Source: Accumulibacter sp. (GTDB lineage: Bacteria > Pseudomonadota > Gammaproteobacteria > Burkholderiales > Rhodocyclaceae). From it: a DNA stretch of 64,000 nt. Shown here one piece after another: positions 50,430 through 60,460 of this stretch. A program made the position numbers and the translations under genes. The notes under the pieces are model-generated. The model was given only the letters and a program-made list of their open reading frames with translations. It did not search any database and had not been told where the DNA came from. The stretch spans positions 2,315-66,314 of the forward strand of contig NZ_JAVTWB010000049.1 in the NCBI RefSeq assembly GCF_032229525.1, in the 5' to 3' direction. Positions within the stretch are counted from its first letter, which is position 1. Every line of letters begins with the position of its first letter.

Positions 50430-52535
50430 ATGACCCGCAAGATCCTCGTCACCTCCGCCCTGCCGTATGCCAACGGCGCAATCCACCTCGGTCATCTGGT
50501 CGAATATATCCAGACCGACATCTGGGTGCGTTTCCAGAAAATGCGCGGCCATCAGTGCTGGTACGTCTGTGCCGACGATACGCATGGCACGCCGATCATG
50601 CTTCGCGCCGAGAAGGAGGGGATCACCCCTGAGGCGCTGATCGAGCGCGTGCATGGCGAGCATACCCGTGACTTCGCGGGCTTCCACGTCGGCTTCGACA
50701 ACTACTACACGACGCACTCCGAAGAGACCCGTTCCTGCGCCAACGAAATCTACGCGCGCTTGCAGGCTGCCGGCCTGATCGAGACGCGCGTCATCGAGCA
50801 GTATTACGACCCGCTCAAGCAGATGTTCCTGCCGGATCGCTATATCAAGGGCGACTGCCCGAAGTGCGGGGCGCAAGATCAGTACGGTGACAACTGCGAG
50901 AGCTGTGGCGCGGCGTACACGGCAAACGAGCTGAAGAACCCTTATTCGGCCGTTTCCGGCGCCAAGCCCGAGTTGCGGCTGTCCGAGCACTATTTTTTCA
51001 AACTCTCCGATCGGCGCTGCCAGGGTTTCCTGCGGCGCTGGACGCAGGGCGAGGGCCGGCTGCAAAACGAAGCCGCCAACAAGCTGCAGGAATGGCTGGG
51101 CGAGGTCGGCGAGAGCAAGCTTACCGACTGGGATATCTCGCGCGAAGCACCCTATTTCGGCTTTGAGATCCCTGGTGCGCCGGGCAAGTACTTCTACGTC
51201 TGGCTCGATGCACCGATCGGCTACATGGGCGCTTTCAAGAATCTGTGTACTCGCGAAGGCCTCGATTTCGACGAGTACTGGGGCCCGGAGTCGACGGCCG
51301 AGCTTTATCACTTCATCGGTAAGGACATCCTTTATTTCCATGCGCTGTTCTGGCCGGCTGAACTGCAGCACGCCGGCTATCGGACGCCGAGCAAGGTCTT
51401 CGCGCACGGCTTCCTGACGGTCGATGGCGCCAAGATGTCGAAATCCCGTGGCACCTTCATTACCGCCGACAGCTATCTGGTCCAGGGCCTCGACCCGGAA
51501 TGGCTGCGTTACTACTACGCCGCCAAGCTATCGAGCTCGATGGAGGATATCGACCTCAATCTCGACGACTTCATCGCCCGCGTCAATGCCGACCTGGTTG
51601 GCAAGTTCGTCAACATCGCCAGCCGTGCCGCCGGTTTTATCGTCAAGCGCTTCGCTGGCCAGCTGTGCACCTGCGACGAATCACTGCCGGCGATCCAGGC
51701 GGTTCGTGATCGCCGTGCATTGATCGCCGAGCACTATGAAGCGCGCGAGTTCAGCAAGGCGATTCGCGAGATCATGGCGCTCACCGATATCGCCAACCAG
51801 TACGTGGATAGCGTCAAACCGTGGGAGCTCGCCCGCCAGCCGGGTCGTGAGGGCGAGCTGCAGGCGGCGTGCACCAACGCGCTGAACCTCTTCCGCCTGT
51901 TCACCATTCTGCTGAAACCGGTGTTGCCGGCGCTCAGCGCCAAGGCCGAAGCTTTCCTCAACGTCTCGCCCTTCGTTTGGGAAGATAGCAATTCGGTGCT
52001 CGCCGCCGGGCATGCGATCAACGCCTACCAACACCTGTTGACGCGCGTTGACAAGAAACAGGTCGATGCGCTGGTCGAGGCCAACCGTGAGTCGTTGACC
52101 GCCACTCCGCCTCCCGCGCCACAACGTCATGCCGAACAGCAGGAGAAAGCTGCCGCCGTTGCCGTCGCGCAGGTCGCCGTCGGTGCAAGTGCGGGGCCGC
52201 ACATCAGCATTGACGACTTCCTCAATGTCGATCTGCGCATCGCGCGCATCGTCGAGGCGACGCAGGTCGAAGGCGCAGACAAGCTCGTCCGCCTACTGCT
52301 CGACATCGGTCCGCTGGGCACCCGGCAGGTCTTCGCCGGCATCAAGGCGGCTTACGATCCGGCGACACTGGTTGGCCGCCTGACGGTGATGGTCGCCAAC
52401 CTGGCACCGCGCAAGATGAAGTTCGGCATCTCCGAGGGGATGGTCCTTGCCGCATCTGACGCTGACGGCCAGACGCCCGGCATCTTCCTGCTTTCGGCCG
52501 ACGCCGGTGCGCAGCCCGGCATGCGTGCCAAGTAG
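50430..52535 (+). CDS. metG: Methionyl-tRNA synthetase
   Basis: [13 protein letters not shown], Zn knuckles [21 protein letters not shown] and a C-terminal tRNA-binding domain. Confidence 0.98.
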   Translation: MTRKILVTSALPYANGAIHLGHLVEYIQTDIWVRFQKMRGHQCWYVCADDTHGTPIMLRAEKEGITPEALIERVHGEHTRDFAGFHVGFDNYYTTHSEETRSCANEIYARLQAAGLIETRVIEQYYDPLKQMFLPDRYIKGDCPKCGAQDQYGDNCESCGAAYTANELKNPYSAVSGAKPELRLSEHYFFKLSDRRCQGFLRRWTQGEGRLQNEAANKLQEWLGEVGESKLTDWDISREAPYFGFEIPGAPGKYFYVWLDAPIGYMGAFKNLCTREGLDFDEYWGPESTAELYHFIGKDILYFHALFWPAELQHAGYRTPSKVFAHGFLTVDGAKMSKSRGTFITADSYLVQGLDPEWLRYYYAAKLSSSMEDIDLNLDDFIARVNADLVGKFVNIASRAAGFIVKRFAGQLCTCDESLPAIQAVRDRRALIAEHYEAREFSKAIREIMALTDIANQYVDSVKPWELARQPGREGELQAACTNALNLFRLFTILLKPVLPALSAKAEAFLNVSPFVWEDSNSVLAAGHAINAYQHLLTRVDKKQVDALVEANRESLTATPPPAPQRHAEQQEKAAAVAVAQVAVGASAGPHISIDDFLNVDLRIARIVEATQVEGADKLVRLLLDIGPLGTRQVFAGIKAAYDPATLVGRLTVMVANLAPRKMKFGISEGMVLAASDADGQTPGIFLLSADAGAQPGMRAK

Positions 52536-52541
52536 CGCATC

Positions 52542-52802
52542 ATGTATGCCCGCAAGCGCCCGCGCGTGACCTTGAAGGTCATGTTCTTTGCCCTCTTTGA
52601 CGTCGCCGGCATGCTCGTCTTCTCGAGCGGTGCGATGTGGCTTGGCAGAGGACAGACCTTGTTCATCCCCAACTTCCCGACCAGCACGGCGGCCGCGCTG
52701 ATCACGGTCGTCGTCGGGATTGCCCTGATGCTCTGGGGAACGGGCCAGATACTGAACGAGATGGCGAGAGGCGCGGCGAGCAACAGCGGCGACAGGCCCT
52801 GA
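52542..52802 (+). CDS. Small two-TM hypothetical membrane protein
   Basis: 86-aa ORF starting 6 nt after the metG stop, with two hydrophobic helices. Confidence 0.65.
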   Translation: MYARKRPRVTLKVMFFALFDVAGMLVFSSGAMWLGRGQTLFIPNFPTSTAAALITVVVGIALMLWGTGQILNEMARGAASNSGDRP

Positions 52803-52965
52803 CGCCATCACGGTGCCCACGCGCATCCCGGTCGACGCGTTGCGGTAGAATGGCACCGCGCGGGCCACGTCGCAGTCCGTTGCCACAGCGATGTTCCGGC
52901 GCGATAGTCGCGCGGTCGTCGGACGATGTTGACCGACCCTACCGGCACGCTATTTTCCCCGACCG

Positions 52966-55900
52966 ATGATTCCTGAAACTACCCCTATCGCCAGTCGCAT
53001 GTCCGTGCCGCCCGTCAACCCATTCGCCGACTGCCTGGCGCTCGATCAGCGCCGGCTGCGCGCGCTGACCCGTGACCTTCGCCACGCCTTCGGCGCAAAA
53101 CGCGATGCGCGGCTGGCCGAGCGCGACAGCCTGCTCGAAAAGTCGCGTGCGGCAGTCGAAGTCCGCCGTGCGCGGCTACCAAAGCCGGTCTTTGCCGACG
53201 ATCTGCCGGTCAACCGGCGGCGGCTAGAGATTGCGGAGTTGATTGACCGGCACCAGGTGGTGATCGTCTGCGGTGAGACGGGTTCTGGAAAAACCACTCA
53301 GATTCCGAAAATCTGTCTGGAACTCGGGCGCGGAACGGCCGGATTGATCGGTCATACACAGCCGCGCCGGATCGCCGCGCGTTCGACGGCCGCACGTATC
53401 GCGTACGAACTGCAGAGCGATGTCGGCCAGCTGGTGGGCTACAAGATCCGCTTCAGCGACCGTACCTCGCCCGACGCCTTCGTCAAGCTGATGACTGACG
53501 GCATCCTGCTGGCCGAGACGCAGGGCGACGCCTGGCTGGAGCAGTACGACACGTTGATCATCGACGAGGCGCACGAGCGCAGTCTGAATATCGACTTCCT
53601 GCTGGGCTATCTCAAGCAGATCTTGCCGCAGCGTCGCGATCTCAAGTTGATCATTACCTCGGCGACGATTGATGCCGGGCGCTTCTCGCAGCACTTCGAT
53701 GACGCGCCGGTGATCGAGGTCTCGGGGCGGCTGCACCCCGTCGAGCTGCGCTATCGACCGCTGCAGACGGACAAAGGCGAGCAGCCCGGCGACGACCAGC
53801 GTGATCTCTACCAGGCGATCGTCGACGCCTGCGACGAGCTGGATCGATGCGGGCCGGGCGATGTGCTGGTCTTTCTTCCTGGCGAGCGGGAAATTCGCGA
53901 GGCGGCCGAAGCGCTGCGCAAGCATCACCCGCCGCATACCGAGATTCTGCCGCTCTTTGCCCGCTTGTCGGCCGAGGAGCAGGGACGCATCTTCAAGCCG
54001 CATGTCGGCCGCCGCATCGTGCTGGCCACCAATGTCGCCGAGACCTCGCTGACCGTGCCGGGAATTCGCTATGTGGTCGATTCTGGTCTGGCACGCATCA
54101 AGCGCTATTCGTACCGCAACAAGGTCGAACATCTGCAGATCGAGAAGATCGCGCAGGCATCCGCCAACCAGCGCGCCGGGCGCTGCGGCCGGGTGGCGGC
54201 GGGTGTCTGCGTTCGCCTGTACGACGAGCAGGACTTCTCGCTGCGGCCGGCTTACGCAGAACCGGAGATTCTGCGCTCGTCGCTGGCTGGCGTGATTCTA
54301 CGCATGAAAGCGCTACGTCTCGGTGAGATCGAGGATTTTCCCTTTCTCGAAGCGCCGCCACGCAAGGCCATCAGCGACGGTTACCAGTTGCTGCTCGAAC
54401 TTGGTGCGGTGACCGAAGAGAACGCGCTGACGCCGACCGGCCAGGAACTGGCGAAAATTCCGCTCGATCCGCGGCTGGGGCGGATGATCATCGCCGCTCG
54501 CGACGAAGGTTGCCTGCGCGAGATGCTGGTGATTGCCGCCGCGCTGAGCGTACAGGACCCGCGCGAACGTCCGCAGGAGCGGCAGGGGAGCGCCGACGCC
54601 GCGCATCGGCAGTTCGCCGACCCCAAGTCCGAGTTCCTCTCGTGGCTGAAACTGTGGGATTGGTACCAGGCCGAGGTCGAGCACCGGAAGTCGCAGCGCA
54701 AACTGGTCGAGGCCTGTCACACGCACTTTTTGTCGGCGCTGCGGATGCGCGAGTGGCGCGACGTCCATGGTCAGTTGCACGCGTTGGCGGCCGAGCATCA
54801 ATGGCGGCAGAATCAGGTGCCGGCGACCTACGATGCCGTCCACCGCGCCTTGCTGGCCGGTCTGCTCGGCAACATCGGCTTTAAATCGGAAGATTCGGCA
54901 CACTATCTTGGTGCGCGTGGCATCAAATATCTGATCCATCCGGGATCGGCACTGCAGAAGAAGGCCGGCAAATGGATCGTCGCTGCCGAGATCAGCGAGA
55001 CCACACGGCTTTTCGCGCGCTGTGTCGCGCGTATCGATCCCAAGTGGCTGGAGCTGGTCGGCGCGCACCTGCTCAAGCGCAGCCACTTCGACCCGCACTG
55101 GGAGAAGAAGGCGATGCAGGCGATTGCCTTCGAGCGGATCACGCTGTACGGCATCGTCGTTGACCCGTGCCGACGAGTTGATTTCGGGCCGCTGAACCCG
55201 CCGGCCGCACGCGAGCTGTTCATCCGGCGGGCACTGGTCGAAGGCGAGGTCAGCGAGGAGTTTGGTCGGCGCTGGGATTTCTTTACGCACAACCAGCAGC
55301 TGGTGCTGGATATCGAGACGCTGGAGCACAAGTCGCGCCGGCCCGACGTGCTGGTCGACGACGAGCTGATCTTCGCTTTCTACGATCAGATCATTCCCGA
55401 AGGCCTCTACAACGGAGCCGGCTTCGACAAGTGGCGGCGCAGCGCCGAACGCGAGCAGCCACGACTGCTGCATCTGGTGCGCGAGGACCTGATGCGCCAT
55501 GAGGCTGCCGGGATAACCAGCGAGGCTTTTCCGCATCAGCTGCAGCTCGGGGGGGCCGACTACGAATTGGCCTATCACTTCGAACCCGGCAGCGCGCGCG
55601 ACGGCGTGACGCTGACCCTGCCGCTGGCGCAGCTGAACCAGTTGCCAGCCGCGCGCTGCGAGTGGCTGGTGCCGGGCTTGCTCAAGGAAAAGGTGCTGCA
55701 GCTGGTAAAAACGCTGCCGCAGCGGATTCGCGCCAAATTGGTGCCGGTGCCGGAGTTTGCGGCCGAGTTCGTCGAACAGGTGCCGCCGGCAGACAAGCCT
55801 TTGGTGATGGCCCTGGTCGGATTCATCCTGCAAACGCGCGGACTCAATGCGCGCGGCTGGGAGATCACGCCCGACGCTTTTCGTCCGGACGCCGTACCAG

Positions 55901-56904
55901 CACACCTGAGCTTCAACTTTCGCCTGGTTGACGAAAACGGCCGCCAACTCGGCGCCAGCCGCAGCCTGGCTGAACTGCGCGGCGAGTGGGGGCGCGAGGC
56001 GAAGCAGGAGTTTTCTGATCTGCACGAAATGCCGGCCGAGCATTCGGGGATGACCGACTGGAGTTTTGGCGAGTTGGCCGAGCTGATCGAAGTCGACACT
56101 GGCAACGGCCAGACCGTGCTTGGCTACCCGGCGCTCACCGACGATGGCGACAGCGTTTCGGTGTGCGTTTTCGACTCGCCCGAGGAGGCACTTGAGGCGC
56201 ATTCGGCGGGGCTGTTGAGACTGTTCATGCTGCAGTTTCGCGAGCAGCTGAAGTATCTGGAGAAAAACCTGCCGGGCCTGACCGAGATGGCGATGCAGTT
56301 CATGGCGCTCGGTACCCTCGAGGAGTTGCGACGACAGGTGCTGGAGGTGACTTTCATGCGCGCCTGCCTGGCCGAGCCGTGGCCGACCGATGCGGCGACA
56401 TTCAAGCAGCGCTGCCTGGAGGCCAAGCCGAGGGTCGGGCTGCTGGCGCAGGAGATCTGCCGCCTGGTCGGCCAGATCCTCGGCGACTGGCTGGCGCTGC
56501 ACAAGAAGCTGCCGGCTTTCAAGGCCTATGGCAGCACCGTACACGACATCGAGGGACAGCTGGCACGGCTGATCGGCAAGCGCTTCGTCGTCGAAACGCC
56601 TTTCGAACGCCTGCAGCACTATCCGCGCTATCTGAAGGCGATTACCTTGCGGCTGGACAAGGTGAAAGCCAGCGGCGCCCAGGGCGCGGCCCGCGACGCC
56701 CGCTTGCTGGCCGAGTATCTGCCGCTGTGGGCAAACTACCAGCGACGCGCCACGGTGTTGGCCAAGCAGGGCGTCAGCGAGCCGCAACTAGAGCAGTTAC
56801 GCTGGTTGCTCGAGGAGTTGCGCGTTCACCTGTTCGCGCAGGAACTGCGCACACCGGCGCCAATTTCGATCAAGCGTGTGCAGAAGATGTGGGAATCCAT
56901 GTGA
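52966..56904 (+). CDS. hrpA: ATP-dependent RNA helicase HrpA
   Basis: GETGSGKT, TQPRRIAA, DEAH, SAT, TNVAETS, QRAGRCGR, the DUF3418 region and EELRVHLFAQEL. Confidence 0.97.
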   Translation: MIPETTPIASRMSVPPVNPFADCLALDQRRLRALTRDLRHAFGAKRDARLAERDSLLEKSRAAVEVRRARLPKPVFADDLPVNRRRLEIAELIDRHQVVIVCGETGSGKTTQIPKICLELGRGTAGLIGHTQPRRIAARSTAARIAYELQSDVGQLVGYKIRFSDRTSPDAFVKLMTDGILLAETQGDAWLEQYDTLIIDEAHERSLNIDFLLGYLKQILPQRRDLKLIITSATIDAGRFSQHFDDAPVIEVSGRLHPVELRYRPLQTDKGEQPGDDQRDLYQAIVDACDELDRCGPGDVLVFLPGEREIREAAEALRKHHPPHTEILPLFARLSAEEQGRIFKPHVGRRIVLATNVAETSLTVPGIRYVVDSGLARIKRYSYRNKVEHLQIEKIAQASANQRAGRCGRVAAGVCVRLYDEQDFSLRPAYAEPEILRSSLAGVILRMKALRLGEIEDFPFLEAPPRKAISDGYQLLLELGAVTEENALTPTGQELAKIPLDPRLGRMIIAARDEGCLREMLVIAAALSVQDPRERPQERQGSADAAHRQFADPKSEFLSWLKLWDWYQAEVEHRKSQRKLVEACHTHFLSALRMREWRDVHGQLHALAAEHQWRQNQVPATYDAVHRALLAGLLGNIGFKSEDSAHYLGARGIKYLIHPGSALQKKAGKWIVAAEISETTRLFARCVARIDPKWLELVGAHLLKRSHFDPHWEKKAMQAIAFERITLYGIVVDPCRRVDFGPLNPPAARELFIRRALVEGEVSEEFGRRWDFFTHNQQLVLDIETLEHKSRRPDVLVDDELIFAFYDQIIPEGLYNGAGFDKWRRSAEREQPRLLHLVREDLMRHEAAGITSEAFPHQLQLGGADYELAYHFEPGSARDGVTLTLPLAQLNQLPAARCEWLVPGLLKEKVLQLVKTLPQRIRAKLVPVPEFAAEFVEQVPPADKPLVMALVGFILQTRGLNARGWEITPDAFRPDAVPAHLSFNFRLVDENGRQLGASRSLAELRGEWGREAKQEFSDLHEMPAEHSGMTDWSFGELAELIEVDTGNGQTVLGYPALTDDGDSVSVCVFDSPEEALEAHSAGLLRLFMLQFREQLKYLEKNLPGLTEMAMQFMALGTLEELRRQVLEVTFMRACLAEPWPTDAATFKQRCLEAKPRVGLLAQEICRLVGQILGDWLALHKKLPAFKAYGSTVHDIEGQLARLIGKRFVVETPFERLQHYPRYLKAITLRLDKVKASGAQGAARDARLLAEYLPLWANYQRRATVLAKQGVSEPQLEQLRWLLEELRVHLFAQELRTPAPISIKRVQKMWESM

Positions 56905-56941
56905 GGAATGAACGTGTCGGTGGTGGGCAAGGAGATGCACA

Positions 56942-57694
56942 GTGACTGAGATCGTGCTGGCCATGGGGCGCAGCGTCAGGACGCTCGGCCGGGGGAGGGT
57001 CTGGCTGCTGTTCTTCGGGCCGGCGGTGGTCGCGCTGGTGCTCTGGGTTGGGCTGATGATGTTCGCCCTCGAGGGCGTGATTTCGACCCTCGTCGATCAA
57101 CCGCCGCTGACCTGGCTGGTCGGATGGGGAGTCGCCTGGCTGGCGAAGCTCGGCGCAGTGCTCGGCGGCTGGCTGCTGATTCTTGCCGCCGCCTTCGTTA
57201 CCGCGATGCTCTTGGCCGCGATCTTCGTGATGCCCCTGCTGCTCGACCACGTCGCCCTGGCCGATTACCCGGAACTCGCGCGGGCCGGCAAGGACAGCGT
57301 CACAGCGGGCGTCTGGAACAGCATTTCGGCGGCGCTGCTGTATGTCGTCGGCTGGCTGCTGACGCTGCCGCTGTGGCTGGTTCCCGGACTTGGCCTGCTG
57401 CTGCCGATCCTCTGGATGGCCTGGTTTACCCGCCGCACGTTTGCCTACGACGCACTTACTGTGCATGCCACCGAGCAGGAGTGGCGCGAGCTGCGTCGCC
57501 AGTACCGCTTGCCGCTGCTGCTGCTCGGCGTCATTCTGGCGCTGTTGGCGCACATCCCGCTGCTCGGCCTGCTGACGCCGACGCTGGCGGCTCTGGCCTA
57601 CATCCACTTCTGTCTCGAGTCGCTGCGGCGCTTGCGGCAGGGGGCCCTGGTGGCGGTAATCAACGACCAGCCGGCGCTGACGGACGAGCAATGA
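56942..57694 (+). CDS. EI24/CysZ-like membrane protein
   Basis: Multi-pass hydrophobic 250-aa ORF with a ..YP.L....G..S pattern and FAYDAL..HA...E. GTG start. Confidence 0.7.
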   Translation: MTEIVLAMGRSVRTLGRGRVWLLFFGPAVVALVLWVGLMMFALEGVISTLVDQPPLTWLVGWGVAWLAKLGAVLGGWLLILAAAFVTAMLLAAIFVMPLLLDHVALADYPELARAGKDSVTAGVWNSISAALLYVVGWLLTLPLWLVPGLGLLLPILWMAWFTRRTFAYDALTVHATEQEWRELRRQYRLPLLLLGVILALLAHIPLLGLLTPTLAALAYIHFCLESLRRLRQGALVAVINDQPALTDEQ

Positions 57695-58446
57695 ATTTCG
57701 GCGCGATCATCATCGGCGACGAGCTCCTTTCGGGGAAGCGCACGGATCGACATTTTGCCAAGATCGCCGAGCTGCTGGCGCAGCGGGGTCTGCGTCTGTC
57801 GTGGGTCGAATACCTGGGCGACGACCGGGTACGGATCGCGGCGGCGCTGACCCGCAGCCTGGCCGCCGGTGATGTGGTGTTCAGCTTCGGCGGCATCGGC
57901 AACACGCCAGACGACCAGACCCGGCAGGCGGCGGCGGACGCGCTGGGCGTCGAGCTGGTGCTGCATCCGGATGCGGAACGTGAAATCCGTGCCCGCTTCG
58001 GCGACCAGATAAACGATGTTCGCCTGCTGCTGGGCACCTTTCCGCGCGGTGTCGACATCGTCCCGAATCCGTTCAATCGCATCCCGGGCTTCAGTGTGCG
58101 CGATCACTACTTCGTGCCGGGCTTTCCGCAGATGGCTCACCCGATGGTCGAATGGGCGCTTGACAGCTTCTACGCCGATCTTTTCCATCGCCACCCGAAA
58201 GTGGAGAAGGCGTTTCTCCTGACCGGCGCGAATAGCTACGAGAGCGCACTGCTCGACCTGATGGAACGAGTGGTCGCCGATTTTCCGACGCTGCGCCTGT
58301 TCAGCCTGCCGTCGATATCCGACGACGGCCAGCGGCGACATCTCGAACTAGGCGTCGAAGGCGAGAGCGGGTTGGTCGATCAGGCGATGGCCAGCATCCG
58401 GCAGGAAGTCGAGCGGCGCGGGATCTCCTGGCAGTGGCGACCGTAG
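57691..58446 (+). CDS. CinA-like molybdopterin-binding domain protein
   Basis: IIIGDELLSGKR.D, LGDD, FGGIG.TPDD.T and PGFPQM. Confidence 0.88.
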   Translation: MNFGAIIIGDELLSGKRTDRHFAKIAELLAQRGLRLSWVEYLGDDRVRIAAALTRSLAAGDVVFSFGGIGNTPDDQTRQAAADALGVELVLHPDAEREIRARFGDQINDVRLLLGTFPRGVDIVPNPFNRIPGFSVRDHYFVPGFPQMAHPMVEWALDSFYADLFHRHPKVEKAFLLTGANSYESALLDLMERVVADFPTLRLFSLPSISDDGQRRHLELGVEGESGLVDQAMASIRQEVERRGISWQWRP

Positions 58447-58475
58447 TAGCCAGCCGCTAAAAAAAACCGGCGAAC

Positions 58476-58501
58476 AAAAAACCCCGGCCGTGGCCGGGGT
58501 T
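58476..58501 (-). terminator. Rho-independent terminator downstream of the second phasin (may act bidirectionally)
   Basis: AACCCCGGCC-GT-GGCCGGGGTT hairpin with an adjacent A6 tract, between convergent genes. Confidence 0.8.
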
Positions 58502-58541
58502 CTGGTCGGCGCCTGGGTCAGGTGCCGTCGTTGGGTTACTG

Positions 58542-59087
58542 TTACTTCTTCGAGGTCAGGGCTGCTGCAGCCTGTGACGTGACGCTCGAGGCGGCCTTGA
58601 TATTGGTGTCGACGATATCGGTCATCTGCTTGGCCATCTGCGAGATGTTCTCAAACGCAGTGGTCGAAGCGGTCATCATCTGCTTCATCGCTGCGCCAAA
58701 CACGTCGCCGGCGACCGGGGCTGCTGCGGTCTTTCCGACGACGCCGGAAGCGGCCTGGGTCATGGCGCTGTATTGCTGCTCCATCACCGAAGTGATTTCA
58801 CGCTGCATGTTGGCTGACAGGTCGTAGAGACCGCGCGAGTACTCCAGGAGCTTGTCAACATTGGGTTGCGCGAGCGAACCGGCGAGGCTGGTCAATTTCT
58901 TTGGATCCTTGACGTCCAACAGTTGCTGTGCGCCGCTGGCACTGTTGTTGAATAGTTCGCGGCTGGCGGCCAAATTGAGCGCGGACAGTTGCTCCATGCC
59001 GTGGAAAGCGGTACGAACCAGGGTCATCATGACCTGTGCGTTGGCTTTCTGGCTCTCGGCGAGTTGTTCGAGATTGATGGTATTCAT
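58542..59087 (-). CDS. Phasin family protein (divergent paralogue)
   Basis: MNTINLEQLAESQKAN..E.LSALNL.ASR..LAQPNVDK..EYSR..Y phasin pattern; GGAGG RBS. Confidence 0.85.
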   Translation of the reverse strand: MNTINLEQLAESQKANAQVMMTLVRTAFHGMEQLSALNLAASRELFNNSASGAQQLLDVKDPKKLTSLAGSLAQPNVDKLLEYSRGLYDLSANMQREITSVMEQQYSAMTQAASGVVGKTAAAPVAGDVFGAAMKQMMTASTTAFENISQMAKQMTDIVDTNIKAASSVTSQAAAALTSKK

Positions 59088-59223
59088 GAATTCCTCCGTA
59101 GGTGGCAATGAAAAGGCGTGTGACGGATACTCGAGGACGCGTGAACACAGTGGCACGCTCGTTCTGCTCCCGTCATAGGTACAAGCATTCAGGCGATTAC
59201 CGAGCGGCAGCTTCGCACGCCCT

Positions 59224-59260
59224 AAAAAGAAGCCCCCGCGCGATATCGGGGGGGCTCTTC
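59224..59260 (-). terminator. Imperfect terminator-like hairpin between the phasin genes
   Basis: GAAGCCCCC..GGGGGGGCTCTTC imperfect stem with an A5 tract on the downstream side. Confidence 0.5.
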
Positions 59261-59266
59261 ACAAGC

Positions 59267-59818
59267 TTACTTCTTGGTCGCTGCGGCAGTGGCGCCAACG
59301 GCCTTGACGGTGGCGTTGGTGGCAGCGGCGACGTTTGATTCGGCGAGATCGGCAACCTGTTTGGCGGCCTTGTTCATGGTGTCGAAAGCGGAGGTCGCTG
59401 AGGCGATCGCGGACTTGACGGCGGAAACGGCAACGTCAGAACCAACCGGTGCGCTCTTGGCGGCTTTCTCGAGCAAAGCGAAGACCTGCTTCTGAAAATC
59501 GCTGAATTGCGCTTCGAGAAGCTTGGAGACTTCTTCCTTCGACTGCGCGGAGATCTCGTAGACACTGCGGGTGTAGGCGACTGCTTTTTCAAGGTTCGGT
59601 TGGGCAAGCGAAGCCTGCACGGAGAACAATTCCTGTGCGTTCTTGGCGCCGAGCATCGCTTTGGCGTTGGAAACGCCGTCTTCCAGCATCGAGCGGGCAG
59701 TATTCAGATTGAGGGCGGCGATACGTTCGGCGCTGGCCAGAGCCGTGTTGGCAAGGGTAAGCATGGCATCAACGGAAGCCTTGTTGGCGGCGGCGAATTG
59801 TTCGGGCTTGGTAAACAT
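59267..59818 (-). CDS. phaP: Phasin PhaP (PHA granule protein)
   Basis: MFTKPEQFAAANKASVD..ERIAALNL...QPNLEKAVAYTRSVYEI and an Ala-rich C-terminus; AGGAG RBS. Confidence 0.93.
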   Translation of the reverse strand: MFTKPEQFAAANKASVDAMLTLANTALASAERIAALNLNTARSMLEDGVSNAKAMLGAKNAQELFSVQASLAQPNLEKAVAYTRSVYEISAQSKEEVSKLLEAQFSDFQKQVFALLEKAAKSAPVGSDVAVSAVKSAIASATSAFDTMNKAAKQVADLAESNVAAATNATVKAVGATAAATKK

Positions 59819-59893
59819 GGTCAATCTCCTAAAAAAGTGGGGTACAACATGTGCAATGTTTAACTCTCCGATCCGGGGTTTTTGGCGCCCAGA

Positions 59894-59973
59894 TTTTTTG
59901 TTGCACTGCACCATGGGCTGAATTATAGACTTTCAGCGAAACTTGTCAACACTTTTTTGGTGCACTGCACCAT
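59894..59973. promoter_or_regulatory. Paired PhaR-type operators flanking the phaP promoter
   Basis: A 21-bp direct repeat, TTTTTTG(T/G)TGCACTGCACCAT, at 59894-59914 and 59953-59973. Its core TGGTGCACTGCACCA is palindromic and TGC-rich like described PhaR sites. Confidence 0.7.
59922..59949 (-). promoter_or_regulatory. Consensus sigma70 promoter of phaP
   Basis: Minus strand TTGACA (59949-59944)-N16-TATAAT (59927-59922); both hexamers are perfect. Confidence 0.85.
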
Positions 59974-60266
59974 ATGTTCTAGTGTGTTGTTTTGTCTGCA
60001 TGTTATCCCGTAAATGCAGCTGTGATGTCGGCGCTATGCGGGACATTGTTGCGCTGCGCGGCATTCTCGGCCGGTGTGCGGCACTGCTGTGGACCGCCAT
60101 CGCCCTCCGCCCAAGCAGGCAAGACGGGCCGTGGTTCCAGAGCCCTCGCCGAGTGACGGGTCGGCGCGGTCCTCTGTTCGGGTAAGTGCTCGGCTAGCGG
60201 TCATGACATGTCGAGATATCCCAGATCATGAAAGTCACGACCGCCCCCCTCTCACTTGCAGTGCGC

Positions 60267-60364
60267 ATTCCGGCTTGCACGCCGGAATCGTTCGCCGGGC
60301 AGGGAGCATGCTCCCTGAATGCCCCGCCTCACCCCGGCCCTTCTTCTCCCGCGCTGGGGAGAAG
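60267..60364. repeat. Cluster of three REP-like hairpins/palindromes
   Basis: ATTCCGGC-N6-GCCGGAAT (60267-60288), the perfect palindrome CAGGGAGCATGCTCCCTG (60300-60317), and CTTCTCCC-N6-GGGAGAAG (60343-60364). Confidence 0.6.
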
Positions 60365-60460
60365 GGAGATTCGTGCGTCGCGTGCGCGACTTTCACATTA
60401 AGGAATGAGCCAAAGTCTTGCGCTGGGCGACCGTGCCAGCACGGTTGGAGCACCGGCCAC

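Noticed and set aside
54313-56787. 824-aa minus-strand ORF inside hrpA
   Set aside because: Antisense shadow with no recognisable domain.
59894-60364. CRISPR array or IS ends
   Set aside because: There are only two copies of the 21-bp repeat, they flank a promoter, and no cas gene or transposase is present.
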